A DNA stretch of 64,000 bases, taken from positions 94,116,001 to 94,180,000 of the forward strand of contig NC_043005.1 of NCBI RefSeq assembly GCF_006345805.1, read 5' to 3'. Positions 27,291-39,275 of the stretch are shown here, one piece after another (position 1 is the stretch's first letter; each line of letters starts with the position of its first letter). The DNA is from Octopus sinensis. Taxonomy: Eukaryota. A model generated the notes under the pieces. It was given only the letters and a program-made list of their open reading frames with translations. It did no database searches and was not told where the DNA came from. The translations under genes and the position numbers were made by a program.

Positions 27291-27718
27291 AACATTTTTA
27301 AAAAAGGAAACTCAACCTCATTGAAAAAAATATATAGCAAAACCTAACCGCTTGTAACATTGTATTCCTTCCAAACCAAATCATCTTTAATTAGTCATTC
27401 CCAACATGTTTGATTATCTCCTTTATACCGGAAAAAATCCCTGATTACCTTCCCCTACCTGGAACTTCATATTTCACAACATAGCGAAGACATGACACGA
27501 TATAGGTAAAGAAATTTGAGAAATTTGAAAAGAAAATAGGAAATCGGTTATTTCTCCAAAAACTATGTTACTATACGCAAAATTTTATAAAATTTTTCTA
27601 ACATAATGACTTAAATATATTCTTTAACCATATAACACAAGCCTTCTGTAGTTTTTTCACTCTTTTTTGTTGTATATATATATATATGCATATATACATA
27701 CGTATATGTACATACTTA

Positions 27719-27754
<36 letters not shown>

Positions 27755-27819
27755 TATATATATATTATATATATATAACTTACTTGGAGAAATAAGAAAG
27801 TGACGCGAAGCGTTCAATC

Positions 27820-28246
27820 ATATAACAATTTAACAAATAAAACATATGCATACATACATACATCTATATGTATATATACATGCATATATATATATATGTA
27901 TGAGTACAGGACACCACAAATAAACGTAGAACACAACGAGAAACGAAAACATAAAAACAAACAAGGAAACAGACTTTTTTTAACAACGAAAAAACAGAGT
28001 ACAAGACAAACAATACAAGGAATATTCCCCTTCATCAGCTGCCCCTGGTTCGACTCAATGCATTTCGAATGCCCTTACCTTCGAAACACGCATTGAGTCG
28101 AACCAGAGGCAGCTGATGAAGGGGAATATTCCTTGTATTGTTTGTCTTGTACTCTGTTTTTTCGTTGTTAAAAAAAGTCTGTTTCCTTGTTTGTTTTTAT
28201 GTTTTCGTTTCTTGTTGTGTTCTACGTTTATTTGTGGTGTCCTGTA

Positions 28247-28280
<34 letters not shown>

Positions 28281-28360
28281 TGTATATATACATATAGATG
28301 TAGGTATGTACATATATGTCTGTATGTATGCATATGTTTTATTTGTTAAATTGTTATATA
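27820..28360. repeat. Long fold-back inverted repeat (~250-280-bp arms, ~10-nt spacer) downstream of the PLE
   Basis: gtacaggacaccacaaataaacg...gactcaatgcatttcgaa / ttcgaaacacgcattgagtc...cgtttatttgtggtgtcctgtac. Confidence 0.92.
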
Positions 28361-29974
28361 TATATATATATATATATATGCATATATGGGTTCAGGACCT
28401 CACAAAACATAATCAACATGAAATACAAAGACAAAGTTTTGTATGCGAACAACGAGAGAAACAAACAGAAAACAAGACAAGTAACATAAAGAACGATCCT
28501 TCATCAGTTGTCGGCTGTTTATCTTCGAGAAGCAGTTGCTCTCATGAACTAAAATAAATTTGGGATTTGCGGAGTGTCAAAGTTGGTAAGAAAAACAAGA
28601 GAGTGGAGACAGACAACAAACCAAGCGAAAACAAACAGTGAGGGCCGCTTGGCCAGACGAGGTAAGATAGTGAATGCTGGAAGAACATTCTTTGACAAGA
28701 GAAAAGATAGGAGAGGAGACAGACAAGAATGTGTATGGACTGTGCGACAGACCGAAGGAAAAGAAAGATGATCACGTGAGGAAAAGAAAGATGGATGATG
28801 GTCACGTGTGAGCAACAAGAGAGAGTAAAGGAGGAAGAGGGAGAGATAGAAAATGGTGAAGGGGAGAAAAAAGAATTAGAGAAAGGACGAGAGAGAAAAA
28901 AACTAAAGGGAGAGAGAGAGAGAACAGTACAGAGTAGAGTCGCATCAAAATTTTTAAGATAAACTTACTTGGAAATGGAAGCGTGGCGCACGGTAAGTTA
29001 CAACTTTCGTCTGTCATCTTTGCTTCAGATCATACAGGTGAGACTATACAGTTAGCTAGGAAGCGATCTCATCTGTTCTGTTTATTAGGTTTGTGTGTTT
29101 TAAATTAGATTAAACCATTTTGTGTAAGATATTTGTGATGTTCTTCCGGCTTTGGCACTGTAGATGATCACCTAATTTGCATAGTGCATAACGCCGGTCC
29201 TGAATATATTACACATTAAATAAAACTCAGACCTAAGCCATGAGTCCAAGGTCTCATAAAGTCGGAGCTTAGGTCAGTTTCCATGGCGTATAAATGATTG
29301 AGATTACAACACTCTCCTGTGCGGAACATCGGTCCGTCAGCTTGTAACTTTAAACCAATCAGAGAACAGGTTAGTTGTCACGTGACTAACTTGTTATTAA
29401 CAAAACATACCCACCATGAGATTTAGCATAATGTCTTCACTCTTTGGGTTGACTTTGGGCTAAACGACAGCAGTGAAGCTTTTCTACTTGTAGTCTTAAG
29501 ACATACAACTGTTATATCTCTTAAGACTACAACTTTTCAGATATTGCTGGACCTCATTTACAACTTAATGGACTGTAGTAAAGTGAAATAAGTGGTTTTG
29601 CTCAATAACACACCGCACCGTCCATCCGGGAACCGAAATTACAATCTTGCAATCGTGAGCAATACTCCAACTACAAAGCGATACACCTTCACACATAAAA
29701 TAAAATCACTATTTCATAGTACACATTATTAACTATAGCATCGTTGCTTATTGATTTCTACGGGTCAATCGCTTGATCACTGTACTTACAATGACGACAT
29801 TAACAAAAAAGCATCAGTACAACTCAGAAAGAATAATACAAGTTATTTTTTTGATGCACCGATTTATCAGTTGTCTTGTCGATCTTCATTTCTTTTGTAG
29901 CGTAGCTCGGTGATATCCTCACTGTTTGACCAAGCTACGCTACACTTTCATTGGCATACACATACAAATACATA

Positions 29975-30176
29975 TACGGTGGACTTCCGCACAGTTTACG
30001 AGGGAGGGAAGAAGGGGGAGAAGCAACACAGGTGCAGGTGTGAGCATGGACGCCAACTCCGCCGCCATCGACACACGAAAAAGTTGGAAGAAATGGAAAA
30101 AAATGATGTGGGAGTAGTTAGGAATCTAAATCGAAGGGGACAGACACTCACACAACTACAGTTTTATATATATAGA
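29975..30176 (-). mobile_element. Non-autonomous Helitron, 5' part only
   Basis: Minus-strand 5' end TCTATATATATAAAACTGTAGTTG identical to the adjacent copy; internal block shared with 30390-30480. Confidence 0.7.
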
Positions 30177-30691
30177 CTAGCAGTATCGCCCGGCGTTGCT
30201 CGGGTTTGTAAGGGAAATAACTATATAAGCATTTTTAGAGAGTTACTTCCTTTATAGATGCCAATTCGGGCTTTCTTACCCATTTCTGTTTTGGTGTTTT
30301 CAAGCCATGAAGTCGTTGTTCTAAAAGAACGCTGGTCTCCTTGACAACGCATTACGACGTTGATTCCTTAAACTCCCTTCCCCACAGCTTCACGAGGGAG
30401 GGAAGAAGGGGGAGAAGCAACACAGGTGCAGGTGTTTGAGCGTGGACGCCAACTCCGCCGCCATCGACACACGAAAAATTGTGCATTAAAATGGAATAAA
30501 AAATGATGTTAAATTATTTTTAAAATCGTAGACTCATCGTAGACGCGCGCTAATAGCCAGACGGGCTTGATATTAATCACGACTATAAGATACCCGAATT
30601 TGGTTAAACTGCACCGCAAAATGTGGGAGGAGTTAGGAATCTAAATCGTAGGAGACAGACACTCACACAACTACAGTTTTATATATATAGA
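30177..30691 (-). mobile_element. Non-autonomous Helitron with both termini
   Basis: A|TC start; subterminal hairpin cccgagcaacgccgggc followed by gatactgCTAG; homologous to 57579-57964. Confidence 0.85.
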
Positions 30692-30867
30692 TATATATAA
30701 ATACAAAATGGGACAAGAACACAAAACATCCAGATAGATGATACAAAAAACACGGATGGGTCATTCGAAGCCTTTAATCTTCAGTCAAGAACCGGATCAT
30801 CCTCACAATTTCGGCTGATTAATCTTGAGATTGCTCCAATCTGGCCAGCCCCAAAGAAAAGCAAATA

Positions 30868-30909
<42 letters not shown>

Positions 30910-30910
30910 T

Positions 30911-31229
30911 AAATTAGAAAAAAAACACCTTTTATCAATTCAAAATGAACAATTAAATTTCACCATCTAGAAAATTACATATAATAGAAATATTAAATAG
31001 AAAATAACAATAATAAACCAATGATTAAGTAAAGTGCAAAATAATAAATAAAACATATATATTTGTTATTCTATCAAATATATACGTTTTATTTATTATT
31101 TTGCACATTACTTAATCATCGGTATAGTATTGTTATTTTATATTTAATATTTCTATTATATATAATTTTCTAGATGGTGTAATTTAATTGTTCATTTTGA
31201 ATTGATAAAAGGTGGTTTTTTTCTAATTT
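30911..31229. repeat. AT-rich fold-back palindrome (~155-bp arms, 9-nt loop)
   Basis: aattagaaaaaaaacaccttttatcaattc...atttg-ttattctat-caaat...gaattgataaaaggtggttttttctaatt. Confidence 0.9.
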
Positions 31230-31329
31230 TTATATATATATTATATTTTGTGAAATTTGATTTAGTATTTCTATATAGAATTTGTCCCTGTACATTAGGA
31301 ATAATATTCCCTCAAATTATTATCATTAT

Positions 31330-31376
<47 letters not shown>

Positions 31377-31479
31377 CACACACATATATATTAGATATTA
31401 GATATTAGTAATGAAGTCAGTATTATCACCGGAAGCAGTATTATTATATATTTATGAATCTCTACCAAAACTAGAGAAG

Positions 31480-31785
31480 TTTCAGGTATGGAAGCAAGGT
31501 CTAGAATCGAAGGACCTTAGATTCAACCTACCAAAAACCATAGTCTTAGTAAGTAGGCAGGCAGATAAATCACAAATCCTTTCAAGTAGATGGCCCTGCT
31601 CAATCTGTAAAAAAGGCGTAGGTAGAAACTCCATAAGATGTATATGAGTTAAGCTATGGATATATAAAAGGTGCAGGAATACTAGAAGGTTAACAGGGAA
31701 AATAGCTTTGTGTGTGGAAGGTGCACAGGTACAATAAATACCAGAAATGTACAGAAAATAGACTCTATAAACTGCCAGGCAGGTA
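31480..31785 (+). mobile_element. RTE LINE internal fragment
   Basis: LEKFQVWKQGLESKDLRFNLPKT...RWPCSICKKGVGRNSI matches 59760-59930. Confidence 0.85.
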
Positions 31786-31929
31786 AGCTCCACTCGAAAT
31801 GTAAAACCCTCCTTCTTCCCTTCCTTCCTGAGCATCCAATAATACTATATTTGTTCCACGTCCTCGCGTTGTTATGTTTTCTCTTTGTGTTTTCATGTTT
31901 GGATTAACTTTATAAATATTGTGATATAT

Positions 31930-31980
<51 letters not shown>

Positions 31981-32176
31981 ATATATATTATATAAAAGGG
32001 CTTAGTAAAATAAATTACTTTGCCGCATACTGAACTCATTAGAAATAGCAGCTAAAAAACTTTTTTAAAGCTATTTCTAATACTTAAAGAAAATCTCTCT
32101 CATATATAGTGTTTGCTAATTCAACTCACAAAAGTTTGGGGGTAAGGACATCGAAAAATCAAATGCTAAGGTTATT

Positions 32177-32228
32177 TGAGAACGTACGTTTCAAGATTAG
32201 TCAAAACAACACTTCTATCATCAGCTCA
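32177..32228 (-). ncRNA. Candidate minimal type I hammerhead ribozyme (copy 1)
   Basis: UGAG-CUGAUGA-[bulged helix II]-GAA-ACGUACGU-U-CUCA. Confidence 0.5.
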
Positions 32229-32719
32229 GAAATTCCTTGGTTTGGATTGGAAACACTGAAAATAAGAACATACCCTTTCGAAGATCTGCTCGTAACTAAC
32301 AGTGCCAACAAATTCAAATAAGCAAGCGAAGAATCTCTGTTCTCCCCTTTCCACCAGCGTGGGTTAAAATCATCAAACACTATGCTTATTTCGGTAAAAT
32401 CCGAAGCATTAATCAGAGGGAGATTAATTATAATTTCAACAATTGAGGGCAAAATTAATTAATTATTAATCAATTTCACCAAGTGTTCAGTATGCAAAGG
32501 GACCATTCAAGGCGAATTCAAATTATTACATTTATAAAAGGGCTTAGTAAAATAAATTACTTTGCCGCATACTGAACTCATTAGAAATAGCAGCTAAAAA
32601 ACTTTTTTAAAGCTATTTCTAATACTTAAAGAAAATCTCTCTCATATATAGTGTTTGCTTAATTCAACTCACAAAAGTTTGGGGGTAAGGACATCGAAAA
32701 ATCAAATGCTAAGGTTATT

Positions 32720-32771
32720 TGAGAACGTACGTTTCAAGATTAGTCAAAACAACACTTCTATCATCAGCTCA
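32720..32771 (-). ncRNA. Candidate minimal type I hammerhead ribozyme (copy 2)
   Basis: Same motif as copy 1. Confidence 0.5.
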
Positions 32772-33491
32772 GAAATTCCTTGGTTTGGATTTGGAAACAC
32801 TGAAAATAAGACATACCCTTTCGAAGATCTGCTCGTAATAACAGTGCCAACAAATTCAAATAAGCAAGCGAAGAATCTCTGTTCTCCCCTTTCCACCAGC
32901 GTGGGTTAAAATCATCAAACACTATGCTTATTTCGGTAAAATCCGAAGCATTAATCAGAGGGAGATTAATTATAATTTCAACAATTGAGGGCAAAATTAA
33001 TTAATTATTAATCAATTTCACCAAGTGTTCAGTATGCAAAGGGACCATTCAAGGCGAATTCAAATTATTACATTATATAAAAGGGCTTAGTAAAATAAAT
33101 TACTTTGCCGCATACTGAACTCATTAGAAATAGCAGCTAAAAAACTTTTTTAAAGCTATTTCTAATACTTAAAGAAAATCTCTCTCATATATAGTGTTTG
33201 CTTAATTCAACTCACAAAAGTTTGGGGGTAAGGACATCGAAAAATCAAATGCTGAGGTTATTAATTTTGCCCTCAATTGTTGAAATTATAATTAATCTCC
33301 CTCTGATTAATGCTTCGGATTTTACCGAAATAAGCATAGTGTTTGATGATTTTAACCCACGCTGGTGGAAAGGGGAGAACAGAGATTCTTCGCTTGCTTA
33401 TTTGAATTTGTTGGCACTGTTAGTTACGAGCAGATCTTCGAAAGGGTATGTTCTTATTTTCAGTGTTTCCAAATCCAAACCAAGGAATTTC

Positions 33492-33543
33492 TGAGCTGAT
33501 GATAGAAGTGTTGTTTTGACTAATCTTGAAACGTACGTTCTCA
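33492..33543 (+). ncRNA. Candidate minimal type I hammerhead ribozyme (copy 3)
   Basis: tgagCTGATGAtagaagtgttgttttgactaatcttGAAacgtacgtTctca. Confidence 0.5.
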
Positions 33544-34037
33544 AATAACCTTAGCATTTGATTTTTCGAGTCCTTACCCCCAAACTTTTGTGAGTTGAAT
33601 TAAGCAAACACTATATATGAGAGAGATTTTCTTTAAGTATTAGAAATAGCTTTAAAAAAGTTTTTTAGCTGCTATTTCTAATGAGTTCAGTATGCGGCAA
33701 AGTAATTTATTTTACTAAGCCCTTTTATATAATGTAATAATTTGAATTCGCCTTGAATGGTCCCTTTGCATACTGAACACTTGGTGAAATTGATTAATAA
33801 TTAATTAATTTTGCCCTCAATTGTTGAAATTATAATTAATCTCCCTCTGATTAATGCTTCGGATTTTACCGAAATAAGCATAGTGTTGATGATTTTAACC
33901 CACGCTGGTGGAAAGGGGAGGAGAACAGAGATTCTTCGCTTGCTTATTTGAATTTGTTGGCACTGTTAGTTACGAGCAGATCTTCGAAAGGGTATGTTCT
34001 TATTTTCAGTGTTTCCAAATCCAAACCAAGGAATTTC

Positions 34038-34088
34038 TGAGCTGATGATAGAAGGTTGTTTTGACTAATCTTGAAACGTACGTTCTCA
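34038..34088 (+). ncRNA. Candidate minimal type I hammerhead ribozyme (copy 4)
   Basis: Same motif with a 1-nt deletion in helix II. Confidence 0.45.
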
Positions 34089-34998
34089 AATAACCTTAGC
34101 ATTTGATTTTTCGATGTCCTTACCCCCAAACTTTTGTGAGTTGAATTAAGCAAACACTATATATGAGAGAGATTTTCTTTAAGTATTAGAAATAGCTTTA
34201 AAAAAGTTTTTTAGCTGCTATTTCTAATGAGTTCAGTATGCGGCAAAGTAATTTATTTTACTAAGCCCTTTTATATAATGTAATAATTTGAATTCGCCTT
34301 GAATGGTCCCTTTGCATACTGAACACTTGGTGAAATGATTAATAATTATTATTTTGCCCTCAATTGTTGAAATTATATATATATATATATATATATGTAT
34401 ATAAAGCAAATAAGTTACAAGGATGTCCAGGTATGGCCGTTTTAGGTGGCTTACATCAAGTTGAAATATACTACCTTCTTCGGATGCAAAAGGCCATATA
34501 GGTTTTCAACATACAGGATGCTCCATTATAAATTTTTAGCAAATTTTTCATCAGAACTAGAGAATAAAAGAACTACATGCTTGTTGCTATTATTGTAGCA
34601 AAATGAACTTAGAGAGCAAATACCCCAACTATAATTTGGGGTGGCAGAAGAGAATAAGAATGGGTGTCATGAGATGGTAATATAGCTACATTTATCCATC
34701 TCCTTAGCACCATCAAAAGATCTAATGCAGCTATTATACTATGTCCACTAAGGATTAAAATCACTTGGAATTGACAGTTAAGTTTTAGTTGGTGATGATA
34801 AATTGATTAATGCCAGATACTCTCCCATGATGTAATGCTTGCATTGTTTGATTAAATGGAGCCGCCTGAAACTGCCATAATGCACTTGACTTCCTTGTTA
34901 CTTATTTGTTTTTATTCACCTTACTTCAAGCTGTGTGGATAATACCAGGCTGACTTCTGACTTGGTGCCTCAACTTGAGTATCTAATTCAACTGAATC

Positions 34999-35039
<41 letters not shown>

Positions 35040-35040
<1 letters not shown>

Positions 35041-36140
35041 GAAGTGCATTATGATTAGAAAATTTTCAAGAGAAACAATAATTAATTTGAAAGAAGTACA
35101 AAACTTTAATCTCCTTCAAAGCAGGATCTGACTTCAATGAACTCCAGCCACTTTGTGAAGGCCTCACGGAAATTCTCCAACGCAAAGGTGTCAACAACCC
35201 TAGTTACAATCTCCATCTTCTAATGATTTTAAAACAATTAATTCTGAGGTTCTCCTTCAATTTGAGGAACAACCAAAAGTCACAGGGAGCTAGACACTAC
35301 AGAGGGTGAGGGACAATTTTGATGTCCATCTCTATCAAGTAGTTTGTTACCAGGGGATGGAATTGTGCACTGATGCAGTGTCCAGGTGCTGGTGCCAATG
35401 ATTCAAGTGGAAGTGATCTGGCCTTATGTGATGAGATCTCTTTCTAAACCCCCACAAAACACTCTTTGTTGACCATCTGGCCAGAGGGAGCCCAGTGGAT
35501 ATAGATGGTGCCCTTGCAGTCAAAAAAGAGGATCATCATTAGCTTCACAGTGGACTTGCTTTGCCAGGCCTTCTTGGGTCTATGGGAGCCAGGATGCTTC
35601 CATTAGACACTCTATCTCTTGGTGTCTAGATCATAACACTATTTTGTCACAAGTCACCAGAGAGTACTCTTGGATCGGAGCCAATGAGTTCAACCATCTC
35701 CTTGCTGTCACCAATGTGTCTTTCCTTCTATTCATCACTAAGCACCCAAAGAACAAACTTCCCACAAATTTTGTAGATGTTCAGATCTTGATGAATAATT
35801 CTGTGTACAGTTACCACACCAACTCCAAATTGTATGTTTATTCTCTTTATAGACACATGGCAGTCTTCATCCAGAAAATTCTGAATTTTCTCAACTAGCA
35901 CTGATGTTGTGACATCCATCTCCCTCCCACACCTCTTATTGCCTCCTACCTCCTTTCTCCTGTCCTTGAACCTCTTGTCTGTGAAAAATATGCTTAGATC
36001 ATGCACGTTAATCCATAAGCCTTCTGGAGCATTTCATAAGTTCCTGAAGTGTTATTGCCCAGTTTAATACAGAACTTCCAAATCTAGGACAGTTATATCT
36101 GCCTCTTCTTGAAAAAGTTTCAAAACTTCTGGAAAGCATA
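35040..36140 (-). mobile_element. Old mariner transposon remnant
   Basis: VTVHRIIHQDLNIYKICGKFVLWVLS (HTH/WVPR-like region) and SPCDFWLF-like sequence near 35260-35290; TIRs eroded. Confidence 0.65.
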
Positions 36141-36209
36141 CATATGCACACATACACACAAGTGCACGCACATACATGTGCATACACACACACATTGAAA
36201 CACATGCAC

Positions 36210-36240
<31 letters not shown>

Positions 36241-37537
36241 AATCTATATACTCATACACACATATATATACGCACACATATTTATATATACCAACACCTA
36301 CATAAAAAAAAAAAAAACGCTCACACACAATGACTACCTTAGCTTTAACTGTCTAAACCCTACTCTTAATCTGAAAACAAGTAGAATTCCTCTCCACTCA
36401 CAACTGAAAGAGACAGCAGCAAGGTGAAGAAGGGTTTATTTATTAGCTTCTGCTGTAATCCAGGCTGCACCTGTGTGTCTGTTAGTATTATTTCTCCCTT
36501 AAGTATTTCATCATTTCTTAACATACTACCATAGTAGCAGCAGCGCAATCTCGTTCGAAACATACCCCAACCTCATCCCAATAAAACATTGCCTCACACT
36601 ATTACTCATACTTCTGTAACAGCAACACTTTCTCTTTCTCTTACCCGCTTTCTCTCCTATTCTGTCTGTCTTCCTATCTGTCTCTCCTTCTTATTTACTT
36701 TTTTTTTCTCAAATGGTTTTCATCTCCCTTTCGTGTTTTAACTATTTCAGTTTTTTTCTGTTTTCTTTTTGTGTACACACAAACGCACACACGCACATGA
36801 ATACAGATTCATTCTTACATGCACGCACGTAAATTCACACACACATAAATACATACATACATTCAGACTCCACTTATCTGTCTGTCTGTCTCACTCCTCT
36901 CTCTCTCTCTCTCTCTCAAACATACACTCATTTCAATTCCATCTCTCTCTCTCTGTTTCTTCATCCCCCTCTTCACTATGTCTCCCACATAAATATTTCC
37001 TCTTATTCTCACTTCTAATTTTTCTTTCTACCTCCATTCCTCCTCCTCCTCCTTTCTCTCCATCCTCCTCTCTTTCTCCATCCCGCTTCTCTTCCTACTC
37101 CTCTGTATCTCCTCCTCCCTTACAAGCTCGCGCTTTACTTATTCTATCTTTTTCACGCGGTCACAGACACACGGACATATACAAACATTGACACATGAAC
37201 TAGCACACACACATATACATACGTACACATACACTTACACACACATGCACAATTACAAACATTATCTTGTCTGTTTTTCTCTTCCATGCATTTTCACAGA
37301 CAGAAGCACACACAAACACACATGTACGCATATAGAAATACGCACATATACACGTACACGCAAGCACAAATGCACTCATACAAACACACACGCACGAACT
37401 AATTTGCCCCCCCCCGCCCCCATAGTTCTGTCTCTCTTCTGTCTTCCTGTCACCTGCTTTTAATGAGTGAGATGGCTGTGGAAATGTGCGTGTGAGTGTT
37501 TGTGTGGGCCTGTATCTCTGTACACACACACGCACAC

Positions 37538-37571
<34 letters not shown>

Positions 37572-37572
<1 letters not shown>

Positions 37573-38539
37573 GGTAATCCCTCGACTATCGCGGGTGTTA
37601 CGTTCCAAAAAGCCCCGCAACAGTTGAAAATCCGCGAAGTAGAAACAGAACTGTATAGTTTTATTATTTTTATAATTGGTATATATATTTAATTTACGGA
37701 TCTTTTCCTTTTGAACGGCAGACAATTTCTAGTTAACTAAACACTTTAAAACTTCGTATACTGGTTGAATGTGTCAAAATAAAACATTTTTTTTCTCTTG
37801 GCTTTCTTGAGAAAATTGTAATTTGTTTGTTTAACGTAGTGTAATTTTTCGAATTTTAACCAATCCTATGCTCTCTTTTGAGCTAAAATCATTTGCTGCG
37901 TCTAAAACTGAGACAACATCCTGTCACTAACCCTAACCCTAATTTTTTTTCTTAATTGTTAAATTAAGTTAATTGTTACGCGTGTAAAAAAAAAAACGAA
38001 AGCGATGGAAAATGATTTAAACAGTTAACACACAAAATAATTCTATAATTTTATACCCATTTTCCGTGTGTTACGGAAAGCGTGTGTATAAAATTATAGA
38101 ATTATTTTGTTTGTTAATTGTTTAAATTATTTTCCATTGCTTTCGTTTTTTTTTACACGCGTAACAATTAAGGAAAAAAAATTAGGGTTAGGGTTAGTGG
38201 CAGGATGTTGTCTCAGTTTTAGACACAGCAAATGGTTTTAGTTCAATGGAGGTAATCGATTGGTTAAAATTGCCGAAATGCTCGGATTTTCAGACGAAAT
38301 ATCTTACAAACTATAGAATTTTCTCAATAAAACCAAGAGAAAATGATGTTTTATAAACACATACTACCAGTATACGAAGTTTAAAACTTTTTAGTTACCT
38401 AGAAATTATGTTACAAACTGCCGTTCAAAAAGAAAAGATCCTAATTTACTATAAATGCGAAACAACACCACAGAGGAATCAACGTAAGCTTAAATAATAA
38501 ACCACATTAGGTGAACCGCGATATGGCGAGGGATTACTG
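37572..38539. mobile_element. Tigger/pogo-like MITE hosting a nested element
   Basis: TIRs cggtaatccctcg...atcgcgg / ccgcgat...cgagggattactg followed by TA. Confidence 0.75.
37697..38441. mobile_element. Nested fold-back MITE, palindromic over nearly its whole length
   Basis: ggatcttttccttttgaacggcag...ctgccgttcaaaaagaaaagatcc; centre tttccg-tgtgtta-cggaaa at ~38070. Confidence 0.85.
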
Positions 38540-38572
38540 TATATATGGATATACACACATACACTCATTTAT

Positions 38573-38603
<31 letters not shown>

Positions 38604-39140
38604 AAAGAAGACAACAACTGCCAAGGTATAACAAGCATATCAAGTCATACATTATCATTCTTAAATTAGTTGAGGCCTTACAGCTGCTTCTGGGTTATCC
38701 CAAGTGATAGGCGAGTATGCCTGCATATGGGGTATTCTGTCATCAGAGACAAATAGAGAAAATATGAAGGATCTAGACATGGGAATATTAAGATAATAAG
38801 TAATGAAACAGAAGAGTAAAGAGTAAGGAAATATAGTTCACAGTTCATTTTTCCAAGGGTATGGATGCTAGTCCGGATGTTTATAGGTAAAATCCAGGTA
38901 GTATTATAGCAAAGTACCATTAGTGTTTTCGCAGCATAAATATCCAGGCAACATTTTGGCAGAATGGGAATGGTGTGTTCATATAGAGGTGGCTGGTTTG
39001 TGAGAAAGAGAAAGAGAGGCTAATGAGGAGATGGAGAGAAGTAGTTGTGGGGTAGTCTGTCGGTGGTGGGTGGGGGGTAGACACCAATCTTTGTTAATGT
39101 CCTGTCACCCTCCTCCACCTCCTCTCTCTGACATATAAAT

Positions 39141-39179
<39 letters not shown>

Positions 39180-39228
39180 CATTATATACATACATATATT
39201 CATACATACATATATATACATACATACA

Positions 39229-39270
<42 letters not shown>

Positions 39271-39275
<5 letters not shown>

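Larger units (their letters stand above)
31991..34376. repeat. Array of a ~543-bp non-coding unit: ~2.3 forward copies, inversion at ~33260, ~2 reverse copies
   Basis: Unit starts tataaaagggcttag at 31991, 32533 and 33076; reverse copies end cccttttata at ~33730 and ~34273. Confidence 0.95.

Noticed and set aside
28083-28135. GAAAC...GUC...CUGAUGA in the fold-back arm as a type II hammerhead
   Set aside because: Helix I does not form, helix II pairing is poor, and no GAAA follows the palindromic ggaatattcc
29488-29532. 14-bp perfect hairpin ttgtagtcttaaga/tcttaagactacaa
   Set aside because: Real but short, with no context tying it to a terminator or element boundary
30761-30790. CTGAAGA...cgaat on the minus strand as a hammerhead
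   Set aside because: GAAA box and helices are not supported
37927-38197. Interstitial telomere or chromosome fusion site
   Set aside because: Only two TTAGGG units per arm, and they are part of a MITE palindrome
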